DNA of 64,000 nucleotides from a virus (Duplodnaviria; Caudoviricetes): IMG/VR virus record IMGVR_UViG_3300042288_001626; one strand, 5' to 3'. Shown piece by piece: positions 18,875 to 28,096 of this stretch (position 1 is its first letter; each line of letters starts with the position of its first letter). The notes under the pieces were generated by a model. It saw only the letters and a program-made list of their open reading frames with translations, ran no database searches and was not told where the DNA came from. The position numbers and the translations under genes were made by a program.

Positions 18875-19186
18875 CTAATTATCGAGGTCGATGAACGCTT
18901 CTTGCTGTTCTAGTTGCTTTAATTTTTCGTAAACCTCGAGCGTAAGCTCGTCATTGTGTTGCTCGAAATCTACCCAATCCATTACCTCCTCTAGCCATGA
19001 TCTAAATCTAGCTATTGTCACCAGGGTATGGTCATTGTCTCCCCAGCTAAAAGGCGCGTCGTCAGAGAGTGCGTCAAATATCCAGCTCTTCCATTTTTCT
19101 GGAAACAACTTACTTAAAGGATATGCTGCAAGATTAACGACTTCAGGAATTTTATTGGTCATACTATTCTTCGAAAGGTTCAACAA
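18875..19186 (-). CDS. Hypothetical protein (start probably MTNKIPE)
   Basis: ORF in the string. Confidence 0.6.
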   Translation of the reverse strand: MLNLSKNSMTNKIPEVVNLAAYPLSKLFPEKWKSWIFDALSDDAPFSWGDNDHTLVTIARFRSWLEEVMDWVDFEQHNDELTLEVYEKLKQLEQQEAFIDLDN

Positions 19187-19397
19187 ACTTAATCAATTTT
19201 TTAAGCTTAATAAGCGTACAGTCTTCTCCGTCTGCAAGGTGAAGATTATCAAGCAATACCTCTCTTATGCCTTGCACCAGCTCGGATATTCTTGTCGCAG
19301 CTTCTGCTACGCAAGCGTTAGCTACTCCGTCGTCTGACTGGATGTCCTGAGATAAGATATAGAGTGAGTTGATGAGGATTTGGTCAGGAGTTTTCAT
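19164..19397 (-). CDS. Hypothetical protein
   Basis: 77-aa ORF with an SDDGVANA motif. Confidence 0.6.
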   Translation of the reverse strand: MKTPDQILINSLYILSQDIQSDDGVANACVAEAATRISELVQGIREVLLDNLHLADGEDCTLIKLKKLIKFVEPFEE

Positions 19398-19424
19398 GGT
19401 AAGTTATTTAAATTCCAAAATCAG

Positions 19425-19688
19425 TCATTTTTGAGTGTATGTTCTCCTCTCGTCTGGTCCGGCTAGAGAGGCTACTTCATCACCTTCCGCATCAAGATAG
19501 TCTATTTCAGCGTCAATGCCCAAAGCCGACAATACAGCAAGCCAGCCACTATCTTCACAAGGACTACTGTGAACGTGGTGTAACTCAGTTTCACCGTTAT
19601 TTATAAACCAATCCGTTCCTAGCTCTGTACAGCAACCATCGCCACACTCGTAGCTATATGTTCGCTGTATTATCTTTATTTTCTTCAT
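19425..19688 (-). CDS. Hypothetical protein with a CGDGCC motif
   Basis: 87-aa ORF. Confidence 0.6.
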   Translation of the reverse strand: MKKIKIIQRTYSYECGDGCCTELGTDWFINNGETELHHVHSSPCEDSGWLAVLSALGIDAEIDYLDAEGDEVASLAGPDERRTYTQK

Positions 19689-20025
19689 TGTTTGATTCGG
19701 TGTGCCTCCATTTACCTAGGGTTTTTAAAAGAGCTTCTGCTCTCTGTCTGGCTGTTGCGTGACAAACTGCAAACCTCCAATAATAGGGATATTCGCGCTC
19801 CTCGTTTTCTTTTTTAACTATAGAGCAAAGCTCTTCCTCAAACAGCATACCCTGCTCATAGTCTAGTAGCTGTTCCGCCTGATGTATTACGGTTAGATCG
19901 TCGCAGAAAGAGGGCAGTTCCCACGATGTCCAGTCTACTCCTCCGTAGGCCCACACATATACATGATCCTCCATGTACACACCAAACCATTCTGCAATCG
20001 CTTCGTTAATCTCTCGACCTGTCAT
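19654..20025 (-). CDS. Possible phage ABA-sandwich-like protein
   Basis: INEAIAEW...LPSFCDDL...ATARQRAEA pattern. Confidence 0.5.
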   Translation of the reverse strand: MTGREINEAIAEWFGVYMEDHVYVWAYGGVDWTSWELPSFCDDLTVIHQAEQLLDYEQGMLFEEELCSIVKKENEEREYPYYWRFAVCHATARQRAEALLKTLGKWRHTESNNEENKDNTANI

Positions 20026-20308
20026 AGGTTCTTTCCTCCTCTTCTCTAACTTCCGAGGTAGTTAATTCTTTAGGGTGTTTAAAGAATCCCAGAGCAAATT
20101 CAACTCCAGGAAACTCCTCTACTTCCACTCCACACCAGCTGCTAGCTATATGAAGTTTAGCCACAGTATACTCCTTTCCTGCCTCTAGTAGGGTTTCAGC
20201 ACTTTCAATAATATTTTTAAACCAGAAAGGCCGAACACCTATAAACTCAATTTTGCTTCCTTTTCTAGGCCATTGTTTCATTATAAAATGTGCGTGAAAG
20301 ATGCGCAC
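20006..20308 (-). CDS. Hypothetical protein
   Basis: 100-aa ORF in the string. Confidence 0.55.
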   Translation of the reverse strand: MRIFHAHFIMKQWPRKGSKIEFIGVRPFWFKNIIESAETLLEAGKEYTVAKLHIASSWCGVEVEEFPGVEFALGFFKHPKELTTSEVREEEERTYDRSRD

Positions 20309-20322
20309 CCCCTGACAATAAG

Positions 20323-20580
20323 TTAATTTTCGGAAACAACTTCGTGATGCTTTTTAATCTTCACAAGTTGCCAGTCGGCTGGACTGAGGTGTGTGAGTCT
20401 GAACTCTTCCTCAAGATGCTCCTTATCGTCCTGCAGCACGTCGTCATGATAGCCTATGAACACGCAATGCTGTCCTAGGTACAGAGGATCGATGTGAAGC
20501 CATTCATTAGGAGTTTTCCTGCTTCTGTATGCCCAGCAAAAGCAGGATTTGTCGTTTAGCAAATTAGTCGAGCTGCTCAT
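20323..20580 (-). CDS. Hypothetical protein
   Basis: 85-aa ORF in the string. Confidence 0.55.
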   Translation of the reverse strand: MSSSTNLLNDKSCFCWAYRSRKTPNEWLHIDPLYLGQHCVFIGYHDDVLQDDKEHLEEEFRLTHLSPADWQLVKIKKHHEVVSEN

Positions 20581-21382
20581 ATAAATCAGGGTGTATGGGA
20601 TTGTAAGTATCTACAAACTCAAAGAATTTTTCTCTTGTGAGTTTGCCTTCGTTGGTTTCGACAGCGTATGCAATAGCTTGTCCGTAAGGTCCACTAAGCT
20701 GCTCTTCTAAAAACTCAGGATCATCAAAATTAATGCGTCCGATGTCGTAGGAAATTTTTAAAAGCTCGTTCGGAGAAATTTTCCATCCTCGCTTTAGAAA
20801 CTTATTTACTCTAAACAATGCACACAAAGGGAAACCGCTGCCTACGTAGCGCAACTCTTTCGCAAGAATGGCTTCGAGACTATCTGCATTCAACACAAGG
20901 TTATCTGGAGTATAATAGTTTTTGCTGTGAACAAAATCAAAAGTCTTATGAATTTCTTCGACTGATCCGCAAAACCTAATTACTACCTGAATGCCTGACG
21001 ATAGGGTTATAGCATTTATAGAGAAGTTTATCGGTTGAAACATGTTTTCGTTTGTAACCACAGAAAACTTCTCTTTTGTTTTCCCTATGATAGAAGGAGC
21101 TATAGGAGCAGCAAAACGTACACCGTTGTCGACAAGCTCCAAAGAGTGATGTTGATTCCCAGTCAAGTCTGCGTAGTACCTAGCCAATTTAAAGGCTGTG
21201 CGCACATCACTAAGATATACATCATAATCGTGAACAGGTTCATCGAGGAGCATACTGCTTATACATCCTCCCGAAACAATCACATTTTTTCGTACCTCGT
21301 CTCTAAGCTGCTTGTTACCGATATGAGAGGTCCAGGCGCCTATTTTGTCTTTAATGTTTTTTGCAATTTCTCTCTTGTTCAT
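20564..21382 (-). CDS. Pol-beta-fold nucleotidyltransferase-like phage protein; likely start 21382
   Basis: VSGGCISSML...HDYDVY (GG...DxD), NAITLS, FDFVH. Confidence 0.7.
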   Translation of the reverse strand: MNKREIAKNIKDKIGAWTSHIGNKQLRDEVRKNVIVSGGCISSMLLDEPVHDYDVYLSDVRTAFKLARYYADLTGNQHHSLELVDNGVRFAAPIAPSIIGKTKEKFSVVTNENMFQPINFSINAITLSSGIQVVIRFCGSVEEIHKTFDFVHSKNYYTPDNLVLNADSLEAILAKELRYVGSGFPLCALFRVNKFLKRGWKISPNELLKISYDIGRINFDDPEFLEEQLSGPYGQAIAYAVETNEGKLTREKFFEFVDTYNPIHPDLYEQLD

Positions 21383-21401
21383 GTTGCTGGTAAGTTGAAT
21401 G

Positions 21402-22004
21402 CTACGTAGATATACACTCGTTAGTTTTTGTATTGTATAAAGACCACACCGCACTCTTACCAAAGGTAGAGTGTTCCTCGATTAACTTAAGCTCACTGTC
21501 ATTATATCGGAGACTATGAATATCCATAATCATGACATCGTCGGAAAAAGAATCATCAGAATACACAGAGTGGGTGAAGCTGAGACAGGTCACATCGAAA
21601 AAATCTGTATATAGCTCATACACACCAAAGACACCTTTCTGTATGTCGAGACCAGAAAATACGAAGTCTTCATCAATATCAAAAATATCCAATACTTCTC
21701 CCCAGGTACTCGTTACTTCGTCTTCGTCTAGAGCTGACAAATGTACCACTTCTCCAGCCTCATTCTTCACCTCTATGAATGTATTTGAATCTACGAAAGG
21801 TCCAAACTGATGAGCTATGTCATCGAGCTCATGCAGACTATTTTTGGGAAACTCTTCTTCAATCTCGGCAGGAGCCTGGGCTTCTTCGGAAATGTAACTT
21901 TGGAGATCTCCAGAATCACTAAAGTAGCGATATACTTTCTCGCTTATTTTACCTATATAGAACTCTCCGCCTAGTCCATGTAATGTTATTGTGTATTTTT
22001 GCAT
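21402..22004 (-). CDS. Acidic hypothetical protein
   Basis: 200-aa ORF (GLGGEFYIG...QKGVF). Confidence 0.7.
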   Translation of the reverse strand: MQKYTITLHGLGGEFYIGKISEKVYRYFSDSGDLQSYISEEAQAPAEIEEEFPKNSLHELDDIAHQFGPFVDSNTFIEVKNEAGEVVHLSALDEDEVTSTWGEVLDIFDIDEDFVFSGLDIQKGVFGVYELYTDFFDVTCLSFTHSVYSDDSFSDDVMIMDIHSLRYNDSELKLIEEHSTFGKSAVWSLYNTKTNECIST

Positions 22005-22005
22005 A

Positions 22006-23094
22006 TTAGACTAATTCTGCCGCTTTAAATTCATCCAAAACAGCTTTAGGGTCATGTGACGTCAGCAGCTTATAAGCAGTGTCATATACCAGTTTTTCAT
22101 AAGGTATGCCTACTGTAAGTTCTCGTAGAACACTACCGAATCTATCTGCTGTTTTTAATTCAGATCGAATATTTATCAGCTCCTCTCTACCCTCCTCGTC
22201 TTTTTTAACTTTGGTAATTTTTACAAAACCTAATTCGTATAGGAAATTAAGTTTGTTGCCTATCTGAACATCTCCGTAGATCTTTACTAAAAATACAGGG
22301 CGCTTTCCTTGTCCTTGGTAACGCTTGAAAAGCTCTGGAGTCAACTTATCCAAATCCTCGTCAGCGACATCAACAGTGACATATTCTCGAGGCAGTTTGT
22401 AGGGAATGCAAGTAAGAGCAGCTCCATCATAATAGTACAGACCGTCTTTTTTTGTTTCGTTGCCTGCCGTTACACCAAGGCTTCCGCAGTAACCAACAAA
22501 CAGCTCCTTCTGACAGTTTATATCGTAGTACTGCATTGTTCTACGAATATGGATATCGCCTAGCAGAATTCCCTCAAGGCTGCGACACTGATTACCGAAC
22601 TCGAGTTCCTTCAGGCTTATTTTCTTTTTATCTTCACAGAAGGGCCACAACTCAGGAATTTGCTGATGCATGAATATCCAGTGCACACTGTTCGTGTCCC
22701 GTTTGTTGAGCTCATGATTCACCAAAGCTACAATGTCCGCAGGATTATCACTATAGTCTACCCCTACAAACTGAGGTACACTGTTTATGCTGTCAAACCC
22801 ACACACAGTCTCCCAAGTAGCTCCATTTACAGGCTTGCTATGATCGCCAGCCAGTGCAACAGGAGTCACACTATGTTTTTTAAGCTTATTGATCTGCTCT
22901 GTTACGAAGCTGATTGTATCGCTGCTCGGCTTATTATGGTCGAACAAATCACCCACACTAACCAGGTAGTCAACTTTGTACTCAATTGCAGTGGCTACAG
23001 CCAGTTTGAATAAATCTCGATTATCTTGCTCGAGCTCTGGAATGTTGTACAGTTTACTCTCGAGGTGTTGGTCGCTAAATGCTATGAACTTCAT
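22006..23094 (-). CDS. sbcD: SbcD/Mre11-like metallophosphoesterase nuclease
   Basis: SDQHL, GDLFD, GDHS, MHQ, GDIH, YCGSL motifs; the Rad50 partner is in the window. Confidence 0.88.
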   Translation of the reverse strand: MKFIAFSDQHLESKLYNIPELEQDNRDLFKLAVATAIEYKVDYLVSVGDLFDHNKPSSDTISFVTEQINKLKKHSVTPVALAGDHSKPVNGATWETVCGFDSINSVPQFVGVDYSDNPADIVALVNHELNKRDTNSVHWIFMHQQIPELWPFCEDKKKISLKELEFGNQCRSLEGILLGDIHIRRTMQYYDINCQKELFVGYCGSLGVTAGNETKKDGLYYYDGAALTCIPYKLPREYVTVDVADEDLDKLTPELFKRYQGQGKRPVFLVKIYGDVQIGNKLNFLYELGFVKITKVKKDEEGREELINIRSELKTADRFGSVLRELTVGIPYEKLVYDTAYKLLTSHDPKAVLDEFKAAELV

Positions 23095-23106
23095 TTTATT
23101 TTGACT

Positions 23107-23649
23107 CTATGTTCCGCGAACGATGTTTCCTTGTTCTTTGATTTTCCAGTCAGCCACCGCAGTCATCACATTCTTGCCTAGTCTAGGACTAGCTAATTTC
23201 AACATACGCAGGTTTGGCCAGGCAATCTTGCGCACAGCTAAAACCTTCTGTAAGGCTTCTTCGACAGAGAATCCTTGCATTACCCAGGCGATTATAGCTA
23301 TCGCAGAACTGCGAGCTATCCCAGCAAAACAGTTAACACCCAGATTATGATATGCAGGGCTAGCGACAAAGGGATCCAAGAAACTAATGATGTTGTTGAT
23401 GTGCTGTTCTCGAGGCCCCTGCTCTTCGATATTACTCTTAATAAATGGTTCTTCGTCTTCATCACTCCAATCTCTAAAATACTGCGCAAAATGGGATATG
23501 CCCTTACGCTGTAATCTTTGACCTAGTCTGAAAACCCTAGGCTTATCCTCAGGATCGACAGCACTAATCCATACATCCTGCAAAATAGTAGTTTTGTATG
23601 GTAAATCTGTTGCTTTGTTTAAATCAGTAATAACTATAGAAGCTATCAT
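23107..23649 (-). CDS. CX5R protein-tyrosine/dual-specificity phosphatase-like protein
   Basis: VNCFAGIARSSA P-loop, FRDWSD acid loop, AWPN. Confidence 0.8.
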   Translation of the reverse strand: MIASIVITDLNKATDLPYKTTILQDVWISAVDPEDKPRVFRLGQRLQRKGISHFAQYFRDWSDEDEEPFIKSNIEEQGPREQHINNIISFLDPFVASPAYHNLGVNCFAGIARSSAIAIIAWVMQGFSVEEALQKVLAVRKIAWPNLRMLKLASPRLGKNVMTAVADWKIKEQGNIVRGT

Positions 23650-23993
23650 AGTATCAATTTTCTGTGTTCTTCCTTCACTTCCTCTACTTTATTCATTTGG
23701 CTGTTTGATGGTATGTGCGAAGTAAGTATATCGTATACTTGACTAGGAATGCTGATGGTCTCTCCGTCTTCAATAAAGAGAAACCCTTCATTAACTTTAG
23801 AAAGAACTGCCTCCTCAAAGTCCTCGTCGGCTTCTTGAAGAAACTCGTATACTTTCAACAACTCACGAGTCATTTTTTTCCCTGTACTCATATACAGGTA
23901 ATACTGCTCATTTATAGAGAACAGCTCTAAGATACAAAACTCAGTTGCTCGTGGTTTCTTTTTAGAGAGTAACTCTGTTTTAATTCTTTCCAT
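23646..23993 (-). CDS. Hypothetical protein
   Basis: 115-aa ORF, 4-nt overlap with the phosphatase. Confidence 0.65.
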   Translation of the reverse strand: MERIKTELLSKKKPRATEFCILELFSINEQYYLYMSTGKKMTRELLKVYEFLQEADEDFEEAVLSKVNEGFLFIEDGETISIPSQVYDILTSHIPSNSQMNKVEEVKEEHRKLIL

Positions 23994-24035
23994 AAAATAA
24001 AAAGCCCCTGCAAGTGGGGGGAGCTTGCAGAGGCT
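23994..24035 (-). terminator. Rho-independent terminator ending the AAA+/DUF1257 operon
   Basis: AGCCTCTGCAAG-loop-CTTGCAGGGGCT followed by TTTTATTTT. Confidence 0.8.
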
Positions 24036-24046
24036 GTTGGGAGTAC

Positions 24047-24310
24047 TCAGCTTGCGGCTAGGGCAAACTGATCCTCAATTTTTCTATTCAAGTATTCTCT
24101 TTCAGCATCTATAACGAGTCCTCGGACAAGATTGGAGGCAATTACGTTACCTTCAAGATCTGTGGCTACCCACAGTTGCTGATCGTGATCAAACTCTACA
24201 TTAGATACACGAGTCACCTGTTTTGCGCCGAGGGTGTTCAATCTATCTACCAGATCATTAGCAAGACACTGAACATTTCCTTCTCTATCAATATAGATGG
24301 TTGCGTTCAT
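24047..24310 (-). CDS. Small protein typical of DUF2997/DUF1257 clusters
   Basis: IYIDREGNVQCL...RVSNVEF...W...AEREYL pattern; cluster context. Confidence 0.65.
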   Translation of the reverse strand: MNATIYIDREGNVQCLANDLVDRLNTLGAKQVTRVSNVEFDHDQQLWVATDLEGNVIASNLVRGLVIDAEREYLNRKIEDQFALAAS

Positions 24311-24510
24311 CGCTGCTCTAGATGCTCATCAATTTCCAGAGAAATAGGCTCCTCGTATTCTTCTGTCATTCTACGCGTACTTTCGTCCGCAAGACCCAGA
24401 GACTTTTCAATAAACTTTGTAGCCTCTAGACAAGAGGAGCCGTACCCTTCAACTTTATCAATCAACACATCTCCATTTTTGCTTATCTTAAATATAATTT
24501 GTTTAGACAT
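24307..24510 (-). CDS. DUF2997-like protein
   Basis: IIFKISKNGDV...VEGYGSSCLEATKFIEKSLG...T.EY. Confidence 0.8.
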   Translation of the reverse strand: MSKQIIFKISKNGDVLIDKVEGYGSSCLEATKFIEKSLGLADESTRRMTEEYEEPISLEIDEHLEQR

Positions 24511-24814
24511 AAATCATCGAATTTCTCAAGAATTTACCGTTCTTGTCATACTTGAATTTAATTCTTACGGTGTGTTTCTTTTCCATAGGGCAACTCACCA
24601 CATAGGTAACAGTCGCTTGTGCAGTGTCGGGGGAGTCTGCGTCATCGACTGGCTTGATGTGATGATAAGGAATATGCACCTCGCATGGAGTATTTTTTTC
24701 TCCTGGAGGGGTCGCAGATTCCTTGGTCAAAATATCTTTAATTGACCTAGCCAACTTTGATTTAATTAATTCGAATTCTTTATGTTCAATTTCCATAGTT
24801 TTACTTTTCTGCAA
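24503..24814 (-). CDS. Hypothetical protein
   Basis: 103-aa ORF overlapping both neighbours. Confidence 0.6.
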   Translation of the reverse strand: MQKSKTMEIEHKEFELIKSKLARSIKDILTKESATPPGEKNTPCEVHIPYHHIKPVDDADSPDTAQATVTYVVSCPMEKKHTVRIKFKYDKNGKFLRNSMIYV

Positions 24815-25190
24815 TTACAACCAACTCACCTGTAGCCAATTCCTCAACCTTATAAGTAAGATCTTCGTCATACATAAACTTCTTGAGTTCTGTAAGTGCG
24901 TAGTTCTGTTTAATCTTTTGCATTTTTGGTCCAAGCTGCTTTTCTATGCTGCTATCAAAGAAATCGCAAACGAAAAACGCATTACCTGCCTGGTCTACAT
25001 TTATACCTACATCGAACCCAGAAGCCTTGGGGTTCAATGCAACATACTGATGCACATCCTCCTTTCTTGGGTCTGAGTGATATGTCCGACACTTGCTGTT
25101 TTGTACAATCTTCCATCCCAGCGACTCAAACTGAGACAGTAAGTTTGTAATGTTTTTAAACTGTGTTGTTATGTTTACAGCGTGACTCAT
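24801..25190 (-). CDS. DUF1257 (Ycf35)-like protein; likely start ATG 25190
   Basis: MSH...TQFKN...L...LGW...DVG...D.FD...IKQNYA; ATGA overlap with the upstream stop. Confidence 0.8.
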   Translation of the reverse strand: MSHAVNITTQFKNITNLLSQFESLGWKIVQNSKCRTYHSDPRKEDVHQYVALNPKASGFDVGINVDQAGNAFFVCDFFDSSIEKQLGPKMQKIKQNYALTELKKFMYDEDLTYKVEELATGELVVIAEK

Positions 25191-25483
25191 GATATTTGGA
25201 TTTTTTCGTACGTGCCTGCCTTCTGGAGCCACAGCTCCACAATTTCTTTTGTATCAAACGTTTCTTCGATGACTTTGAAGAAATCCTTGAAAGATAATTT
25301 CAGCGACTCTTCTCCGTCATCTTTTAATGTAACGAGACTTACAGAATTCTTATCAATATCCATAACGTCTCCATTAGCTACCTCACAGTAAGGCAGATAA
25401 AGTTCGTGGTTATCGCCCCTAAATTTGACATTAAGCATGTCATACATAGGAGGGTCAATCATGTCGTTATCTTCGCTATACAT
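25187..25483 (-). CDS. Acidic hypothetical protein
   Basis: 98-aa ORF inside the operon. Confidence 0.65.
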   Translation of the reverse strand: MYSEDNDMIDPPMYDMLNVKFRGDNHELYLPYCEVANGDVMDIDKNSVSLVTLKDDGEESLKLSFKDFFKVIEETFDTKEIVELWLQKAGTYEKIQIS

Positions 25484-25485
25484 AA

Positions 25486-26487
25486 CTATACACTCAATTT
25501 ACGGAAATACTCGCCAGCGACGTTAGCTACATCTGAGGTGTCCTCGGCAGCTTTCACAACATTACTAAGATGTGTCTTAAGCAGAGAGATGGCGTCTTTG
25601 TTTCCTTCGAAGTCATGCTTACCGTTAAGGAGATTTTCAAGCTTACTCAGCTCAGCCTCCACAGACTTGTCATCTGCAAAGTTTGCAGACCTGAACTCCT
25701 CTATCTGCCTGTATATTGATCTGATACTTGCTTCGGAGACCAGCTCTTTTTTGGTAATCTTGTTGAGAACAACACTAAAGTGCTCGGCAATCTTGCCACG
25801 CACAGTCTGCGTAACCTCATCCATGAATTGGCTAAGCTTAGAGGAATGCACCTCTAGCTGTTGCGCATACTCCTGGCGGTACTTCGCAGCAGCCTGCTGC
25901 TTTGCTTCGGCATGATCTTCTTCACGACGAATCTCATCCTGCAGGTTCAGCTCATTAAACTCAGTAGGCAGAGCTATCTCGTAAGAGACAATATCGAAAC
26001 AGAATTTTTTCGCAATCTTTTCGAGAGGGGGATAATAAGAACTCAAGTCATCCACACTCACAGTGTCTTTATGGGCGTTATAGTACTCAATAACTTCTCG
26101 CTTATAGTCTTCGTACTTTAAAACAAACTCGTCTACCATAGCCAGGTAACCGGCACGGAGCTCGTTTAACTTCTTATACACTTCAATAAACTTTGTCTTT
26201 GGTACGAAGTGAGCTTGAGCAGCCAGCGGAAATGCGAACGAATTTTCGTAGAGGTATTTCCTAGCCTTCTGCTCATAATTCTTGAACTTGTTGAAGACTG
26301 AAGGCTTGATCAACATTTTCTTGCCCAGTTTAATAGTCTCTGGGAGTTGCTTATCTAATTTGATGTCTCCTTCAGTCAAGTTATAGGACATTCCCCACAT
26401 ACCGACATGCAGGTTTATAAGTTTCCCATCTTGGAAAACCTTGTTGTAGTGCTGTTGCAGTGTGGATGACAGTTTGTAATCGGACAT
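25486..26487 (-). CDS. DUF3150-like protein
   Basis: LINLHVGMWG...LGKKMLI...AHFVP, helical remainder; follows the AAA+ gene. Confidence 0.6.
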   Translation of the reverse strand: MSDYKLSSTLQQHYNKVFQDGKLINLHVGMWGMSYNLTEGDIKLDKQLPETIKLGKKMLIKPSVFNKFKNYEQKARKYLYENSFAFPLAAQAHFVPKTKFIEVYKKLNELRAGYLAMVDEFVLKYEDYKREVIEYYNAHKDTVSVDDLSSYYPPLEKIAKKFCFDIVSYEIALPTEFNELNLQDEIRREEDHAEAKQQAAAKYRQEYAQQLEVHSSKLSQFMDEVTQTVRGKIAEHFSVVLNKITKKELVSEASIRSIYRQIEEFRSANFADDKSVEAELSKLENLLNGKHDFEGNKDAISLLKTHLSNVVKAAEDTSDVANVAGEYFRKLSV

Positions 26488-26509
26488 ATTTATTATTGGT
26501 TGGTGTTTG

Positions 26510-28096
26510 TTAGATGTCTTCGTTGCTGATGGCGATAGATAACTTTCTCATGTTTTTTTGTACATCTGCTACAGGGTCTCCTTGGGAAGAAACCATGACT
26601 AGCTTGCCTTGTGCCTGTCTGCGCATGATTTTCAAATCTTCTTCATGGCTCGTAGCGAACGGAATAAACTCAGCCAATACTTCAAGCACGTGAGTATCTG
26701 CTACTTCTTCACCAACATCAAACGCTTTATACAGCGCATCTTTAAAAACTTCTTCAATCTCAGCACCAGTAAAATTATCTGAACCAGTCACCAGAGTCTT
26801 TATGCTGAAATCTTTTGGATTTCTTCCGTATTTCTTAATTACTACATTGAAGATTTCTTTGCGCTCCTCAGCGTTAGGTAAATCTACCCAGAACAACTGG
26901 TCAAAACGACCTTTACGGATCAGGGCGGCAGGAAGCAGAGTATGGTTGTTCGTCGTAGCTACAATGAATGCAGGGTTATTGCGGTCATTCAGCCAAGTCA
27001 GGAACGTACCGAAGATACGGCTGCTTACCCCACTGTCTCCTCCGCCGGAAACAGCATTGTTACTTAGAGACTTTTCAATCTCGTCAATAAGAATAACACA
27101 CTTACCTATAGACTCTACGGTTTTGATAACCTCCCGCATGTTCTTTTCGCTATTACCCACAAGCGAATCAAAAACACTACCTACATCAAGAGAGAACAAA
27201 GGGCAGTCAAACTCTCGAGCGATAGCCTTGCAAATAAGGCTTTTGCCTGTGCCTGGAACACTTGCAAGAAGCATACCTTTAGGCATAGGAAGTTTGTAGT
27301 CTCTGGCAGACTTGGAGTATGCGTTTTTCCTGGCGGTCAACCACTTCTTCAGTCCGGACATGCCGCCAACATTATCAAACGAAATGTTGGGTTCCATATA
27401 AGTAAGCAGACCGTTCTTTTTAAGCTGACTTATTTTTTCTTGAAAGACCGCCTCTACAAACCTCTGATTAAAGGCTTTTGCGCTGATGTAGGCCATAGCA
27501 AAAGCGTTCTCAACCTCGATGTTAGTCATACCTTTCGCTGCTTCAACAGAAGCCTCGACAATACCTGTAGAGATTTCGATCAGCGGCTGATTGCTTTCTG
27601 CCAACTCCTTATTGATTGAGTTTTTGATAAACATCAAGCGCTCTTCAATAGAGGCGGAATCAGGTAGAGTATAGTCAAGCAATTGAATTTCCTTAACAAG
27701 CTCTCCTGGTACAGCAAACTTATGCCCTACGAAAATAATCATGTTACGAAGCCTTTTAAGCTTGTTCCATGCATTCCTGAGCAAGCGGATGTTAATTACC
27801 TTGTCGAAGTGCAGATGAAAGTCGCGCAGAACAAAAATGTTGTTTGCGTGCTTGTACTTCTGAATATACTCTAAAAGATTTACCGTTTGCCTTGTTTCTT
27901 CTGGATGGGCGAGCTGATTTTCACCTGCTCTGCACACCAGTCCTTCCTGAGCATCCCATTCATGGATTGTGATTCCTGGCTCTCTCTCCCTCAGGGTCAG
28001 CAGATCTCTTGAAAACCTTGTTTCTTCGTGGGTGAGCACAAATAGACCAGGGTAACAGGCTTTGTGGTAGTTGTGTATTTTAGTCGTGAAGTCCAT
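26510..28096 (-). CDS. Ycf46-like AAA+ ATPase (degenerate N-terminal AAA domain plus active domain)
   Basis: THEETR, FVLRDFH, NVGGMSGLKKWL, VPGTGKS, IDEIEK, ATTNN, RKGRFD. Confidence 0.9.
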   Translation of the reverse strand: MDFTTKIHNYHKACYPGLFVLTHEETRFSRDLLTLREREPGITIHEWDAQEGLVCRAGENQLAHPEETRQTVNLLEYIQKYKHANNIFVLRDFHLHFDKVINIRLLRNAWNKLKRLRNMIIFVGHKFAVPGELVKEIQLLDYTLPDSASIEERLMFIKNSINKELAESNQPLIEISTGIVEASVEAAKGMTNIEVENAFAMAYISAKAFNQRFVEAVFQEKISQLKKNGLLTYMEPNISFDNVGGMSGLKKWLTARKNAYSKSARDYKLPMPKGMLLASVPGTGKSLICKAIAREFDCPLFSLDVGSVFDSLVGNSEKNMREVIKTVESIGKCVILIDEIEKSLSNNAVSGGGDSGVSSRIFGTFLTWLNDRNNPAFIVATTNNHTLLPAALIRKGRFDQLFWVDLPNAEERKEIFNVVIKKYGRNPKDFSIKTLVTGSDNFTGAEIEEVFKDALYKAFDVGEEVADTHVLEVLAEFIPFATSHEEDLKIMRRQAQGKLVMVSSQGDPVADVQKNMRKLSIAISNEDI

